DNA from: Eledone cirrhosa
Taxonomy: Eukaryota
Assembly: GCA_964016885.1 (NCBI GenBank)
Contig: OZ024742.1
Span: 369,644,001 to 369,708,000 of the forward strand
Direction: 5' to 3'
Length of the DNA stretch: 64,000 nt
In this document: in pieces, positions 41,732-54,199 of the stretch
Layout of the letters: each line of letters opens with the position of its first letter
How positions within the stretch are numbered: the first letter of the stretch is position 1
Position numbers and translations under genes: made by a program
Notes under the pieces: model-generated
Seen by the model: the letters and a program-made list of their open reading frames with translations, nothing else
Told to the model about the DNA's origin: nothing
Databases searched by the model: none

Positions 41732-42084
41732 ATTAAGACAGGGGGGAAGAAAAAATGGCTTCACTTGTGCTTTCAACAAATTTATTTTCTTCACAAAATC
41801 CAAAAAGAATTTTTCTTAAAAAAAATTATTTTATAAATTAAGTTGTTGGTTGTTGGTTAGGTCTTAGGAGTTCTTGGTTAACGTAGGAGGTATTGTTTCG
41901 TTTTTAGAAAGACCTTTCACGCTGAGGTGCGCTTGTCAAACTGATGTGTATGTGGTGTGTTGTTCTATATATAGGGATTTAACATGTCTGTGGTGTGGTG
42001 GGGGTTTCTTTTCTCCCCCTTTAATAAGTGCATGGGTGTAGGTGTGTTGAAAAAGTGTTCATAGCAGTAATGAGTTGAGACGGT

Positions 42085-42153
<69 letters not shown>

Positions 42154-42272
42154 TACATACATATACATACATACATATACATACATATACACACATAAAG
42201 ATACATAACTAAATATACATATATACACATACACGCACACATACACACACACACACACGCACGCACGTGTAT

Positions 42273-42303
<31 letters not shown>

Positions 42304-42402
42304 TATGTCCGTATATATACCCCTCCGTTCACACATACATGCATACACACACACACAAACACACATACATCTATATATATATACACATATAAAGAGAGAG
42401 GC

Positions 42403-42493
<91 letters not shown>

Positions 42494-42738
42494 CATATAC
42501 ATATACATATATGTACACATAAACACATACAGACACATACACACATATACACATACACACATATATACATATATATACATATATATACACATACATCTAC
42601 ATACATACATATACACAAACAGAAACATACACATATGTACACACATATATACATATATGCACATACATACACACACACACACATATATATAGGTACATAC
42701 ACATACATACACATACACATAAACATACATATCTATCC

Positions 42739-42805
<67 letters not shown>

Positions 42806-42856
42806 TATACAAACATACACATACATACATGTACATATACACATATCTACACACAT

Positions 42857-42911
<55 letters not shown>

Positions 42912-42939
42912 CACACATACAAACATACACACATCCATA

Positions 42940-42992
<53 letters not shown>

Positions 42993-44740
42993 ACACCCAC
43001 ATACATATATACCCACACGTACATACATCCATACATCCCTACACGCACATATATGTGTGTGTCTCACCGTTCACTCAGATATTCATGTGTATACATAAGA
43101 AGAGGGGGGGGGGGTAGTGAAATGGAATTTTACCTCCGAGTGTTAATTCATTTTTTCGTGTTCAGTAGTGGTTTAAATTTTTCAATGAAGAATTCTTCGT
43201 TATATCTGCGGAAATGTTCGTTATCCGACCATATCTTGAAGAAAGGGAAGATTGTGAATTTTCCCTTCCCGCATGATGCAAAGTGTGCGCTACATGTGGT
43301 ATTCTGACTGTGGGGTCTTTAATTTGTTGTTTATGTACCCGGACTCTATCATGTAATCCCGTTCCGGTTTCCCCAATGTAATACTCTTTACACTGTGGAC
43401 ATGTTGCGCAATATATTAGGTTTTTCGTTTTGCAGTTCATGTTTGCATTGACCTTGAAATTATCATGGTTTTTGAAGGACAACTGTTTGCCCTCTTCGAT
43501 GAGTTCACAGGTTCCACATCTAGGGTCCCCGCATTTCGTCACTTGCATTGATTCCATGTTGGTCGTAAATTTTGCCTTGGTAATTAGTTTTTTAAGGTTG
43601 GGTGCTTGGCGTCTGCTATAAATTATCTGTGTGTTTTTTAAGAGTGCATTCATTTTGGTAGATTGCTGTAGAATCGGGAGATACTGCTTAGCAGTTTTCA
43701 CAATGTTGATGTTCCCTGGGTTGTGAGTGATGACAAAAGAGATAGCAGGGTTTTCTTTTTTATGTTGTGGGTTTGGTTTTCTCAGTGTTGTTATTGGGAT
43801 GTTCTTAGCCTTGGAGATGGCTGCGTTGATGAGTTTCATCGGGTATTCTTGTATTTTAAGGAATTTTTTCAGGTCACATAATCTTTTTTCTTGTAGTACG
43901 GGGTGTGTTGCTATAGTGCAGATGCGCCTTGCCATGTTGAAGGGAATGTTCCTTTTCGTATGTAAGGGGTGTGCTGACCGGAAATTTAAGTATTGGTGTG
44001 TGTCAGTGGGTTTGCAAAATAGGTCCGTTATGATATTTTCCCCTTCTTTAATGATGAGGATATCTAGAAAGGGCAGTTCCTTTTCGTTACATTCCATAGT
44101 GAATTGTATAGCTTCATGAAGCCTGTTTAGGATCGAATAAAATTTTTGTAGGTCTGTTTGGCTTCTGTTCCAGAAGATGAAGCAGTCATCTAGGTAACGT
44201 TTCCAGTTTTTATTAATGTAGAAGGCGAAGTCGTGACTGAATGTTATCTGTAGTTGGGAATATAATTTTGCCTCTAAGTGACCCATAACGAGCGTTGCAT
44301 ATGTAGGGGCCACTTTGGTACCCATGGCTGTTCCTTTTATTTGTAGATAAAGTTCGTTGTCAAAGAGGAAGTGGTTGTTTTCCAATACTAATTTAAGTCC
44401 TTCCAAGATGAATTCTTTGGGGAATCTTTCTGAAATGTGACTTGAGTGTTTTGTAATCCAGAAGTCCACAGCTTCAATCCCTAGGTCGTGTGGGATGTTA
44501 GTGTACAGGCTTATTACATCAAAACTGACTAGGATTGTATCCTGGTGTACTTTTTGGGGGATATAGTTAAGGAATTCCATATCATCTCTGATGTAGCTTG
44601 GAACTTTTTTACATAGGGGTTTGAGTATGATGTCTAATAGGTTGCTTAGACGTTGTGTGCTTGAGGCTGGGCCAGCAATAATGGGGCGTAATTTTAAGTC
44701 TGTCGGTTTTGGTGCTTCAATGTATGATGTATGTTCGATG
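41732..44740 (-). mobile_element. Neptune-type Penelope-like element, 5'-truncated
   Basis: RT (LRPII, FDVISLYTNI, GTAMGT, KRYLDD), C..PRC..C linker, GIY-YIG (NLIY..YYIGETG); 3' UTR end repeated in inverse at 49812-50452. Confidence 0.9.
43162..44738 (-). pseudogene. Neptune PLE RT + GIY-YIG ORF (partial)
   Basis: ~525 open codons; the apparent start lies in a microsatellite; probable frameshift near the C-terminus. Confidence 0.85.
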
Positions 44741-44792
44741 TGTGTGTATGTATGTGTATATATATATATATACATATATAGGAACCAGTAAG

Positions 44793-44886
44793 ACCCCGAC
44801 AGCTGAGCTCAAGCCGTTTCGACGGCTAATTCTGGACTAAATGAAAATTTATCCTGGTATTTAAATAGCCGATCTTCTCAAGGGGT
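44793..44886 (-). ncRNA. Type I hammerhead ribozyme, U3-A8 variant (inverted pseudo-LTR copy)
   Basis: Reverse complement of 49595-49688. Confidence 0.8.
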
Positions 44887-46322
44887 AATTCCATATATGG
44901 TCAAAGTGATTGTCAAAAATCAGTAGTAATTCTGTGGTTGCAAATTAGTATCTTGGTGTCTAAACCTGCCAGTAGGAGAAAGAGGGGAGGGGGTGGAGTA
45001 GACCCAATCAAGCGTTGGTAGTGCCAGCTACAGCTGGGCATGAGGTCAAAGAAGATACTGGGGAGGGGGAGGGGGAGGAAGTCGGAACGGTAGGTAGAAC
45101 AATGGGGGGTAGAAATATATAGGAAAGAAAAAATACTGAGAGTGAAGAAAAGCAAATAAGTGTAAAGAAAAAAGTAAAGTAAATTCTACGACCTAAGTCT
45201 CAGGCTATTGTTAGGCTAGAATTAATAAATAAATAAAGAAAGAAAGAAAGAAAGAAAGAAAGAAGTAAAGAAATAAATAAAGAAATAACGAAATAAGTAA
45301 AAGAACTAGGTGGGACGGAATAGGCAAGGACCCTTTAAGAGGTATAAGTACGTAAATGATACGGTGACGGGTCAACAAAAGGGGCCAAAATACTAAAGAG
45401 ACTACCACGAAATAAACAATAAAGGTTTCCATCCCGGGCACAATGCCAGCAACGACCCAGTGCAGCAAAGTGAACTAGTACGAGATAATAATTCTGAGTC
45501 CCGAGAAAAATATATACTAATGCTAACTCTAAAAGATCTAAAACAAGCTACATGAAAGTTCGTACGAGGTAAAGGTAGAATACGGAAAGATAAATTCAGA
45601 ATCCACCCCGCCCAAAAGAAAAGCGAAGAAAGAAATACTGAAACGAAAAAATAAGGCATAAGTGCCACTAAGAAATATAGAGGGCACAGAGAATAGTGGG
45701 AGCGGTCGGGAAAAGGGGACAAGTATCCGGGGTCTAAACCAACTGCTATAAAAGGCGGAGTCCGCCAAATCTATCATAGACTAGGGGAGGGGGTGGGGGT
45801 ACTAAGGCTACAAGGGGCCAAAGGGCAGCCTCGGGTGGGCGAGAAAAGACGCCGGTAAAGGAGAAGAGCTGGGGTAGAAGGACTAAGGAGAGAGGGGGGA
45901 AGGAAATAAAGGAAGCGATAAAAGAATACAAAGAAGATCTTACGTCTCCCTTGGCAAGCAGGGGTTACCCATTGCAAAATCGGCAAGTGGGGTGTTATAG
46001 CCCTAGTCTACCCCCCCGGGTCATTATGGGGTTTGAGGGCGAGGTAAGTCCTACGCAATCTATGTTTAAATACCAGGATAAATTTTCATTTAGTCCAGAA
46101 TTAGCCGTCGAAACGGCTTGAGCTCAGCTGTCGGGGTCTTACTGGTTCCTATTACCCACTCTACTACCTCAAGTATTGAGTACTTTGGTGCGTTATGGTC
46201 CTCCTGGTTCCTTACCACATTTCCTTCGTTATCTAGCTCCTACTCCCGTAGTAGAGCACTTTCCGACCCTACCACGCCGTATCCAGACTTTTCCGCTAAG
46301 CTCAATTCATTTCACCCGCACC

Positions 46323-48487
46323 ATGCGAAAACACAACATTGACTTCTCTACCAAGAACATCCCAATCCCACCGAAAAAACTTTACCTTCGGATGCTCACG
46401 CAAAAAATCGATCTATTTGCGAAAAGACTTAGATGGAGAACTTTTTTCTATGACAGATATTGCGACAACCAAGACTTCGGCACAAAGGAGAGATTCGGAT
46501 TTATTACCTACAAATCTCCGCCCCTGAACCCTTTGCTCGCACCCTTCGAGAATGACCTCTTCCAACTGGTCAAGAACATTAAATTTAAACCCAGACACAA
46601 CCGATTCCTACAAAAACTCCGTAGCAACTAAACAGAGTATGATAACACAAATGACATCATGGTGCATTCGGATAAAACCGGGAACCTATACTTTGTCAAC
46701 CCTGACAGATACCACACACTGATCAGGAGCAGCCTAAACTCCACCTATAAAAAGGCCAACCACTCTTGCATCGAGGACATAAATCGAGATGGACAACAAA
46801 TTACCTCCAGCCTCGGGGTCGCCGACCGCACGGAACCTCTAGACCCACGGACACCATACTTCACACTGAAGGACCATAAATCCGATTTTGACCGTAAACC
46901 CTCTATCAGGCTTATTAACCCAACGAAGTCCGACATAGGGAGAATCAGCAAAAAAATCCTAGACCGCGTGATACCAAAAGTCAAGCAACACGCCCGACTT
47001 AGCCTATGGATCAACACCCAGGAAGTAATCTCCTGTTTCAGCAATATGGAGGATAAACGAGAAACTAAATTCATACAGTTCGACATAGAGAGCTACTATG
47101 CTTCAATAACCTTACCGCTACTTACGGCTGCCTTGGACTTCGCCGAAACACTTGTGCCCATCACCGACCAGGAAAGAAAAATCATCCTCCACGCCAGGAA
47201 GACAGTCTTACTCTTTGACGACTCTAAATGGATAAAAAGAGCTCCCGACTCACCCTTCGACGTCAGCATGGGCGCCACGGATTCGGCGGAGGTCACAGAT
47301 CTTATAGGATTATTCCTAATAGCCAAACTCACTGATAGTTTCCTGCATTCGGTGGTGGATTGTACCGTGATGATGGGCTCCTTACCCTTAAAGGGTACAA
47401 CCCCAGTAGTACAGATCGGGTCCGGAAACAATTAATCAGATTCTTCCGCGACTGGGGATTTAAAATAACCCTACAAACGTCCCTGACCCGAGTAAACTTC
47501 CTGGACGTGACCCTCGACCTCGAAAACGACCTGTACTACCCATACAGGAAACCTAATGACAATCTGCACTACATCCACCGCCGATCAAACCATCCTAGGA
47601 ACATCACAAACAACCTGGTCAAAAACATCTCCCTCCGCATATCCCGTTTGTCAGCTAATGAGCGGATATTCGATGAACATGCGCCTTATTACAACCAGGC
47701 CCTCAAGCGGAGTGGTTTCCGGGAGGAAATATCCTACTGTCCAGCTCCCATTAGCGGAACCAGCAGGAGACACCGCCGCTCACGCAATGTAACATGGTTC
47801 AATCCTCCCCACAACGCAGAGGTGACAACTCCCATCGGGAAACTATTCTTTAGGCTCATTGAAAAACACTTCCCATTACAACACCGCTACCACAACATAA
47901 TTAACAAAAATACCATCAAACTCTCTTACAGCACTACACCAAACTTCGCACAAAACATCGTCTCCTCTAACAACAAAAAACTCAACCCCGATGGCAGAAA
48001 TAACCTAAATAGCAGTGGAGAACCGACCAGGAGGTGTAACTGCCCGGATAGATCCATTTGCCCACTCGACAATAGATGCAGAGACCGTAATGTGATCTAC
48101 CAGTGCAACGTGAGGACGGATACCTCCAACAAAGCCTATATAGGACTTACCGCATGTGACTTCAAGACCCGGCTATACCAACATAGACATACCTTCCGAA
48201 ACCCGGCCCGGCGTCACGCCACTACACTTTCGGGCCACATATGGGACCTCAAGGACAACAACATCACCTATGATCTCACTTGGAGATTACTGTCCAGAGC
48301 CAATTCTTACACGGGAGGACGCCGTCCGTGCAATTTATGCTCGGAGGAAACTTTACAAATGCTGTTTTCGACGGACCAACTCCTAAACAAGAAAGATGAA
48401 CTGGTTACTGCATGTAAACATAGATTGCGTAGGACTTACCTCGCCCTCAAACCCCATAATGACCCGGGGGGTAGACTAGGGCTATAA
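46323..48487 (+). pseudogene. PLE RT-GIY-YIG ORF with one stop (46629-46631) and one frameshift (~47345)
   Basis: MRKHNIDFSTKNIPIP, HSDKT, QFDIESYY, GGLYRDDGL, CNC..CPL..C, NVIY..AYIGLT..FKTR, CNLC..E, CKH. Confidence 0.9.
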
Positions 48488-49594
48488 CACCCCACTTGCC
48501 TATTTTGCAATGGGTAACCCCTGCTTGCCAAGGGAGACGTAAGATCTTCTTTGTATTCTTTTATCGCTTCCTTTATTTCCTTCCCCCCTCTCTCCTTAGT
48601 CCTTCTACCCCAGCTCTTCTCCTTTACCGGCGTCTTTTCTCGCCCACCCGAGGCTGCCCTTTGGCCCCTTGTAGCCTTAGTACCCCCACCCCCTCCCCTA
48701 GTCTATGATAGATTTGGCGGACTCCGCCTTTTATAGCAGTTGGTTTAGACCCCGGATACTTGTCCCCTTTTCCCGACCGCTCCCACTATTCTCTGTGCCC
48801 TCTATATTTCTTAGTGGCACTTATGCCTTATTTTTTCGTTTCAGTATTTCTTTCTTCGCTTTTCTTTTGGGCGGGGTGGATTCTGAATTTATCTTTCCGT
48901 ATTCTACCTTTACCTCGTACGAACTTTCATGTAGCTTGTTTTAGATCTTTTAGAGTTAGCATTAGTATATATTTTTCTCGGGACTCAGAATTATTATCTC
49001 GTACTAGTTCACTTTGCTGCATGGGTGGTTGCTGGCATTGTGCCCGGGATGGAAACCTTTATTGTTTATTTCGTGGTAGTCTCTTTAGTATTTTGGCCCC
49101 TTTTGTTGACCCGTCACCGTATCATTTACGTACTTATACCTCTTAAAGGGTCCTTGCCTATTCCGTCCCACCTAGTTCTTTTACTTATTTCGTTATTTCT
49201 TTATTTATTTCTTTACTTCTTTCTTTCTTTCTTTCTTTCTTTCTTTATTTATTTATTAATTCTAGCCTAACAATAGCCTGAGACTTAGGTCGTAGAATTT
49301 ACTTTACTTTTTTCTTTACACTTATTTGCTTTTCTTCACTCTCAGTATTTTTTCTTTCCTATATATTTCTACCCCCCATTGTTCTACCTACCGTTCCGAC
49401 TTCCTCCCCCTCCCCCTCCCCAGTATCTTCTTTGACCTCATGCCCAGCTGTAGCTGGCACTACCAACGCTTGATTGGGTCTACTCCACCCCCTCCCCTCT
49501 TTCTCCTACTGGCAGGTTTAGACACCAAGATACTAATTTGCAACCACAGAATTACTACTGATTTTTGACAATCACTTTGACCATATATGGAATT

Positions 49595-49688
49595 ACCCCT
49601 TGAGAAGATCGGCTATTTAAATACCAGGATAAATTTTCATTTAGTCCAGAATTAGCCGTCGAAACGGCTTGAGCTCAGCTGTCGGGGT
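49595..49688 (+). ncRNA. Type I hammerhead ribozyme, U3-A8 core variant with long loop II
   Basis: acccc-TTGAGAA-gatcggcta..tagccgtc-GAAA-cggct tgagctc agctg-TC-ggggt; predicted cleavage after 49683. Confidence 0.8.
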
Positions 49689-49779
49689 CTTACTGGTTCC
49701 TATTACCCACTCTACTACTTCAAGTATTGAGTACTTTGGTGCGTTATGGTCCTCCTGGTTCCTTACCACATTTCCTTCG

Positions 49780-49811
<32 letters not shown>

Positions 49812-49814
<3 letters not shown>

Positions 49815-50066
49815 TGTGTGTGTGTGTATGCCTCTCTCTTTATATGTGTATATATATATAGATGTGTGTATGTGTGTGTGTGTATGCATGTATGTGTGAA
49901 CGGAGGGATATATATACGGACATATGTATATGTGTGTGTGCGTGTGTGTATGTGTGTATACACGTGCGTGCGTGTGTGCGTGTATGTGTATATATGTATA
50001 TTTAGTTATGTATCTTTATGTGTGTATATGTATGTATATGTATGTATGTATATGTATGTATATATG

Positions 50067-50097
<31 letters not shown>

Positions 50098-50452
50098 ACC
50101 GTCTCAACTCATTACTGCTATGAACACTTTTTCAACACACCTACACCCATGCACTTATTAAAGGGGGAGAAAAGAAACCCCCACCACACCACAGACATGT
50201 TAAATCCCTATATATAGAACAACACACCACATACACATCAGTTTGACAAGCGCACCTCAGCGTGAAAGGTCTTTCTAAAAACGAAACAATACCTCCTACG
50301 TTAACCAAGAACTCCTAAGACCTAACCAACAACCAACAACTTAATTTATAAAATAATTTTTTTTAAGAAAAATTCTTTTGGGATTTCGTGAAGAAAATAA
50401 ATTTGTTGAAAGCACAAGTGAAGTCATTTTTTCTTCCCCCCTGTCTTAATAT
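49812..50452 (+). repeat. Inverted pseudo-LTR copy of the Neptune PLE 3' end
   Basis: Reverse complement of ~41732-42420. Confidence 0.9.
50241..50326 (+). ncRNA. Hammerhead-like motif, U3-A8 core with long stem III (copy at 41856-41941, -)
   Basis: gt-TTGACAA-gcgc acctca gcgt-GAAA-ggtctt...aagacc-TA-ac; stem I only 2 bp. Confidence 0.5.
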
Positions 50453-50482
50453 ACCTAACTGTACCAAGGATTACACACATTT

Positions 50483-50604
<122 letters not shown>

Positions 50605-50671
50605 GTGTGTGTATATATATATTGAAAGGATAACAAGGACGATTGATTACTCCTTCATTGCATTTATTGAT

Positions 50672-50758
50672 AGGTGACGCGCGTTTCGCCACTTATCAGC
50701 TCAATGTTCGATCTGTATCGATCTTACCCGAATCAATAATCGGCAGCTTGACGGACCC
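50672..50758 (-). ncRNA. Hammerhead-like motif with large stem II insert, degenerate core
   Basis: gggt-CCGTCAA-gctgc...gtggc-GAAA-cgcgcg-TC-acct. Confidence 0.45.
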
Positions 50759-50805
50759 TCTTAAAGTGCTATAAGAAACTCCAGTAACTCCTAGTTACAC
50801 CCCCT

Positions 50806-50839
<34 letters not shown>

Positions 50840-50842
<3 letters not shown>

Positions 50843-53350
50843 TTAAAATAACAGATTAAAGTTTAAGCAAAGAATCGCTGCTTTCACCCTTAACGGGATC
50901 TTCTGAAACTAACAAAGTCAATCTGTGAACGCAGAAGTGGATATTTCAAAAAACGTTGCAACTGGAGGAAGACAGGAAGACGATACTTTGGTTCGTAGAA
51001 ACGTTCGCTGGCAAAGAACGGGAAAAAACGAATATATACGTCATTAATAGGAGCGGTGAAAAACAATTACGCGCAAAGACGAGACCACGTTTATGGTATA
51101 AAAGAGGTCGTAGACTAATGTTCTCTTAGGTGGTTCATAGAGACGTTCTCTACCAATGAACGGGAAAAACGAAGATAATACGTCATATGTGGAACGTGGA
51201 GAACAATTGCACGCAAAGACAAAACCACGTAAATGGTATAACTGAAGTCGTAGACTAAAATTCTAACTAGGAAACCGAATGATTCTCGGCTTCAGAGTTA
51301 AGAATAAAGTAAATAAAATACAGAGGTAACAGAAATTAAATAAATACATACACGCAACCATATACGTACATACACAAGCATACGCGAAAATACTCGCCAT
51401 AGGTATACAAATACACGCACATATAAATATGTGTGTGTATGTGTGCGTGTATACAAATAAGTAAATAAACGTATATAAATAAATAAATACGTATATAACA
51501 AGCGCACACACATACCTACATGTAAATACACATATGTTCGGAGACGTACGTCAACCAAAACACGAAGTACACATATACACACACCCTACATACGTACGAA
51601 CCCGCATACTCACACAGACGCAAAACTCACGTATACACATAACCAAAAACATATGTACCAGAATATATAAAAACATACGCCATAACATATACAATCAAAT
51701 ATACGTATGAGAAAGTATACGTACCTTCACAAAACATACAGGTAATATATACTTACCTATGCAAATAAGTAATGGTATAAACATAACATATACTTAGCTA
51801 CCGCATCAAGACGTTAGATATCCGCGTATAGATCGTACTATCCGTTAGGGTATAATGTGGGGCTGCAATACAGGAAAGTGTTGTGCAATTTATGTTTACA
51901 AGCCGAAATTGCCTCAGATTTTTTGTTTAAGATGTGATCTGTGGCGTAGAGTATTTCCAGGGCCTCAGCGGCGCAGAGGTCACATGGTCTTTTATTTCCG
52001 TTATACGATCTAGCCCTAGCTAGGATCTCCCAGTGTAACTTATATTGGGTGTGGTTGTCTTTTAGACTCCAGATATAAGCTGAAAGTGTCGTCATATTCC
52101 TTCTTAGAGGGTAACGAAAAGAATGGGTATGCATGTAAAGACGCTGCTTGAATCTATTGGCGGTTAACCCTATGTAGGCCCTACGGGACGTGGGTGTTTC
52201 AACCCTACATTTGTAGACAATGTTACCAGAGAGGCATTTCCCGGATAGGGGGCAATCAACCCGGTTCCTACAATTACAGTTAGTACTAACTACAGGGTTG
52301 CACGTGTTCCTATGGCTAGGTAGTTTAGCTAAATTAGAAGCTGTGATGTTATGTGCAAGGTTAGGAGTCGTAGAGTAAGAAATTTTAATAGTATTTCTAT
52401 TAAAAATGTTATTATATTTATGTGTAGGGGGAAAATGCTTCGTAATAAGGGATAGAAATATCTTTGTGTATACGTGAGTTTTGCGTCTGTGTGAGTATGC
52501 GGGTTCGTACGTATGTAGGGTGTGTATATGTGTACTTCGTGTTTTGTTTGACGTACGTCTCCGAACATATGTGTATTTACATGTAGGTATGTGTGTGCGC
52601 TTGTTATATACGTATTTATTTATTTATATACGTTTATTTACTTATTTGTATACACGCACACACACACACACATATTTATATGTGCGTGTATTTGTATACC
52701 TATGGCGAGTGTTTTCGCGTATGCTTGTGTATGTACGTATATGGTTGCGTGTATGTATTTATTTAATTTCAATTACCTCTGTATTAGATTTACTTTATTC
52801 TTAACTCTGAAGCCGAGATTCATTCAGTTTCCTAGTTCTAATTTTCGTCTACGACTTCTGCTATACCATTTACGTGGTTTTGTCTTTGCGTGCAATTGTC
52901 CTCCACGCTCCACATATGACGTATTATCTTCGTTTTTTTCGTTCGTTGCCTGAGAACGTCTCTATGAACCACCTAAGAGAATATTAATCTACGACTTCTT
53001 TTATACCATAAACGTGGTTTTGTCTTTGCGTGTAATTGTTTTTCACCGCTCCTATTAATGACGTATTATATTCGTTTTTTCCCGTTCTTTGCCAGGGAAC
53101 GTTTCCACGAACCAAAGTATCGTCTTTCTGTCTTCCTTCGGTTGCAACGTTTTTTTGAAATATTCACTTCTGCGTTCACAGATTGCCTTTATTAATTTCA
53201 GAAGATCCCGTTAAGGGTGAAGGCAGCGATTCTTTGCTTAAACTTTAATCTGTTATTTTAATAAATATTTGCTCTACGGTTCTTATATATTTGATATATA
53301 TTTATCCTTATCGAGCCCTCTTTGGATTTTAGTCTTCAAATTTTTATTAA
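50840..53350 (-). mobile_element. 5'-truncated PLE (GIY-YIG end) with inverted pseudo-LTR
   Basis: CNC..CP...C, NIVYKC, AYIGLT..FKQR, CDLC at 51838-52300; ~50843-51640 inverted at ~52465-53262. Confidence 0.9.
50860..50910 (-). ncRNA. Hammerhead-like motif, CAGAAGA (U4A) core
   Basis: agttt-CAGAAGA-t ccc gttaa ggg t-GAAA-gca gcgattctt tgc-TT-aaact; the inverted copy at 53194-53244 has GAAG. Confidence 0.65.
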
Positions 53351-53400
<50 letters not shown>

Positions 53401-53539
53401 AAAATTAAGATAATAAAAATTATGGGTGTCATGCCAGAAAGACATGCGCCATATCACCCGCAAAATAAGCTCTAAGATTCTAACGAATAGGTCCGAGCAT
53501 TTTACAATAACTAGAAATTGGTTAACATATAAATAAACA

Positions 53540-53961
53540 TGACTATGTCACTTACTTCTTTTTCGGCAAAGGAAGGGAGAGAAGTTGACAGATTCTGTTT
53601 CACACTGTTGGTGTTCCTCAGAGCAACGTACTCCCTGACCTCTGCCGAAAATTATAGAGGCTGGATTCTTATAGAATTCCAGTAATAATCAGGAGCTGAT
53701 TATACAGAGCGATTGCCGGTCCAGCAAAAATTAAAAATCGCTATTTCAGAGCACCAATCCTAATTTTTAACTTTTGCTGGACCGGCAATCGCTCTGTATA
53801 ATCAGCTCCTGGTTATTACTGGAATTCTATAAGAATCCAGCCTCTATAATTTTCGGCAGAGGTCAGGGAGTACGTTGCTCTGAGGAACACCAACAGTGTG
53901 AAACAGAATCTGTCAGCTTCTCTCCCTTCCTTTGCCGAAAAAGAAGTAAGTGACATAGTCA
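53540..53961. repeat. ~200-bp-arm palindrome (head-to-head pseudo-LTRs)
   Basis: 53540-53738 is the reverse complement of 53763-53961; 24-nt spacer. Confidence 0.95.
53866..53926 (+). ncRNA. Type I hammerhead ribozyme (canonical core); mirror copy at 53575-53635 (-)
   Basis: gggag..gct-CTGAGGA-acac caaca gtgt-GAAA-caga a tctg-TC-agc..ctccc. Confidence 0.85.
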
Positions 53962-54076
53962 CTACTTTAAAATGATAACGCAAGGTCTTCAAAATGTTTT
54001 TAATTAAACATACGGTATATTGCCAAATATACTATAGATACATTCATATATACATCGCTATTTCAGAGCACCAATC

Positions 54077-54117
<41 letters not shown>

Positions 54118-54199
54118 CTAATATATATATATAATCCTAATATCATCACCGTTTTACGTCCGTTCTTCCATGCTAGCATGGGTTATATATATATATATC

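Larger units (their letters stand above)
44781..49782 (+). mobile_element. Young full-length Penelope-like element (probably Nematis-type) with 1.29-kb inverted pseudo-LTR
   Basis: 44781-46068 is a near-perfect reverse complement of 48415-49701; 46065-46230 directly repeats 49616-49782; flanked by (TA)n. Confidence 0.95.

Noticed and set aside
46629-46631. In-frame stops in PLE ORFs as possible selenocysteine recoding (as in Naiad PLEs)
   Set aside because: The stops are TAA (46629) and TAG (18372), not TGA, and the endonuclease is C-terminal
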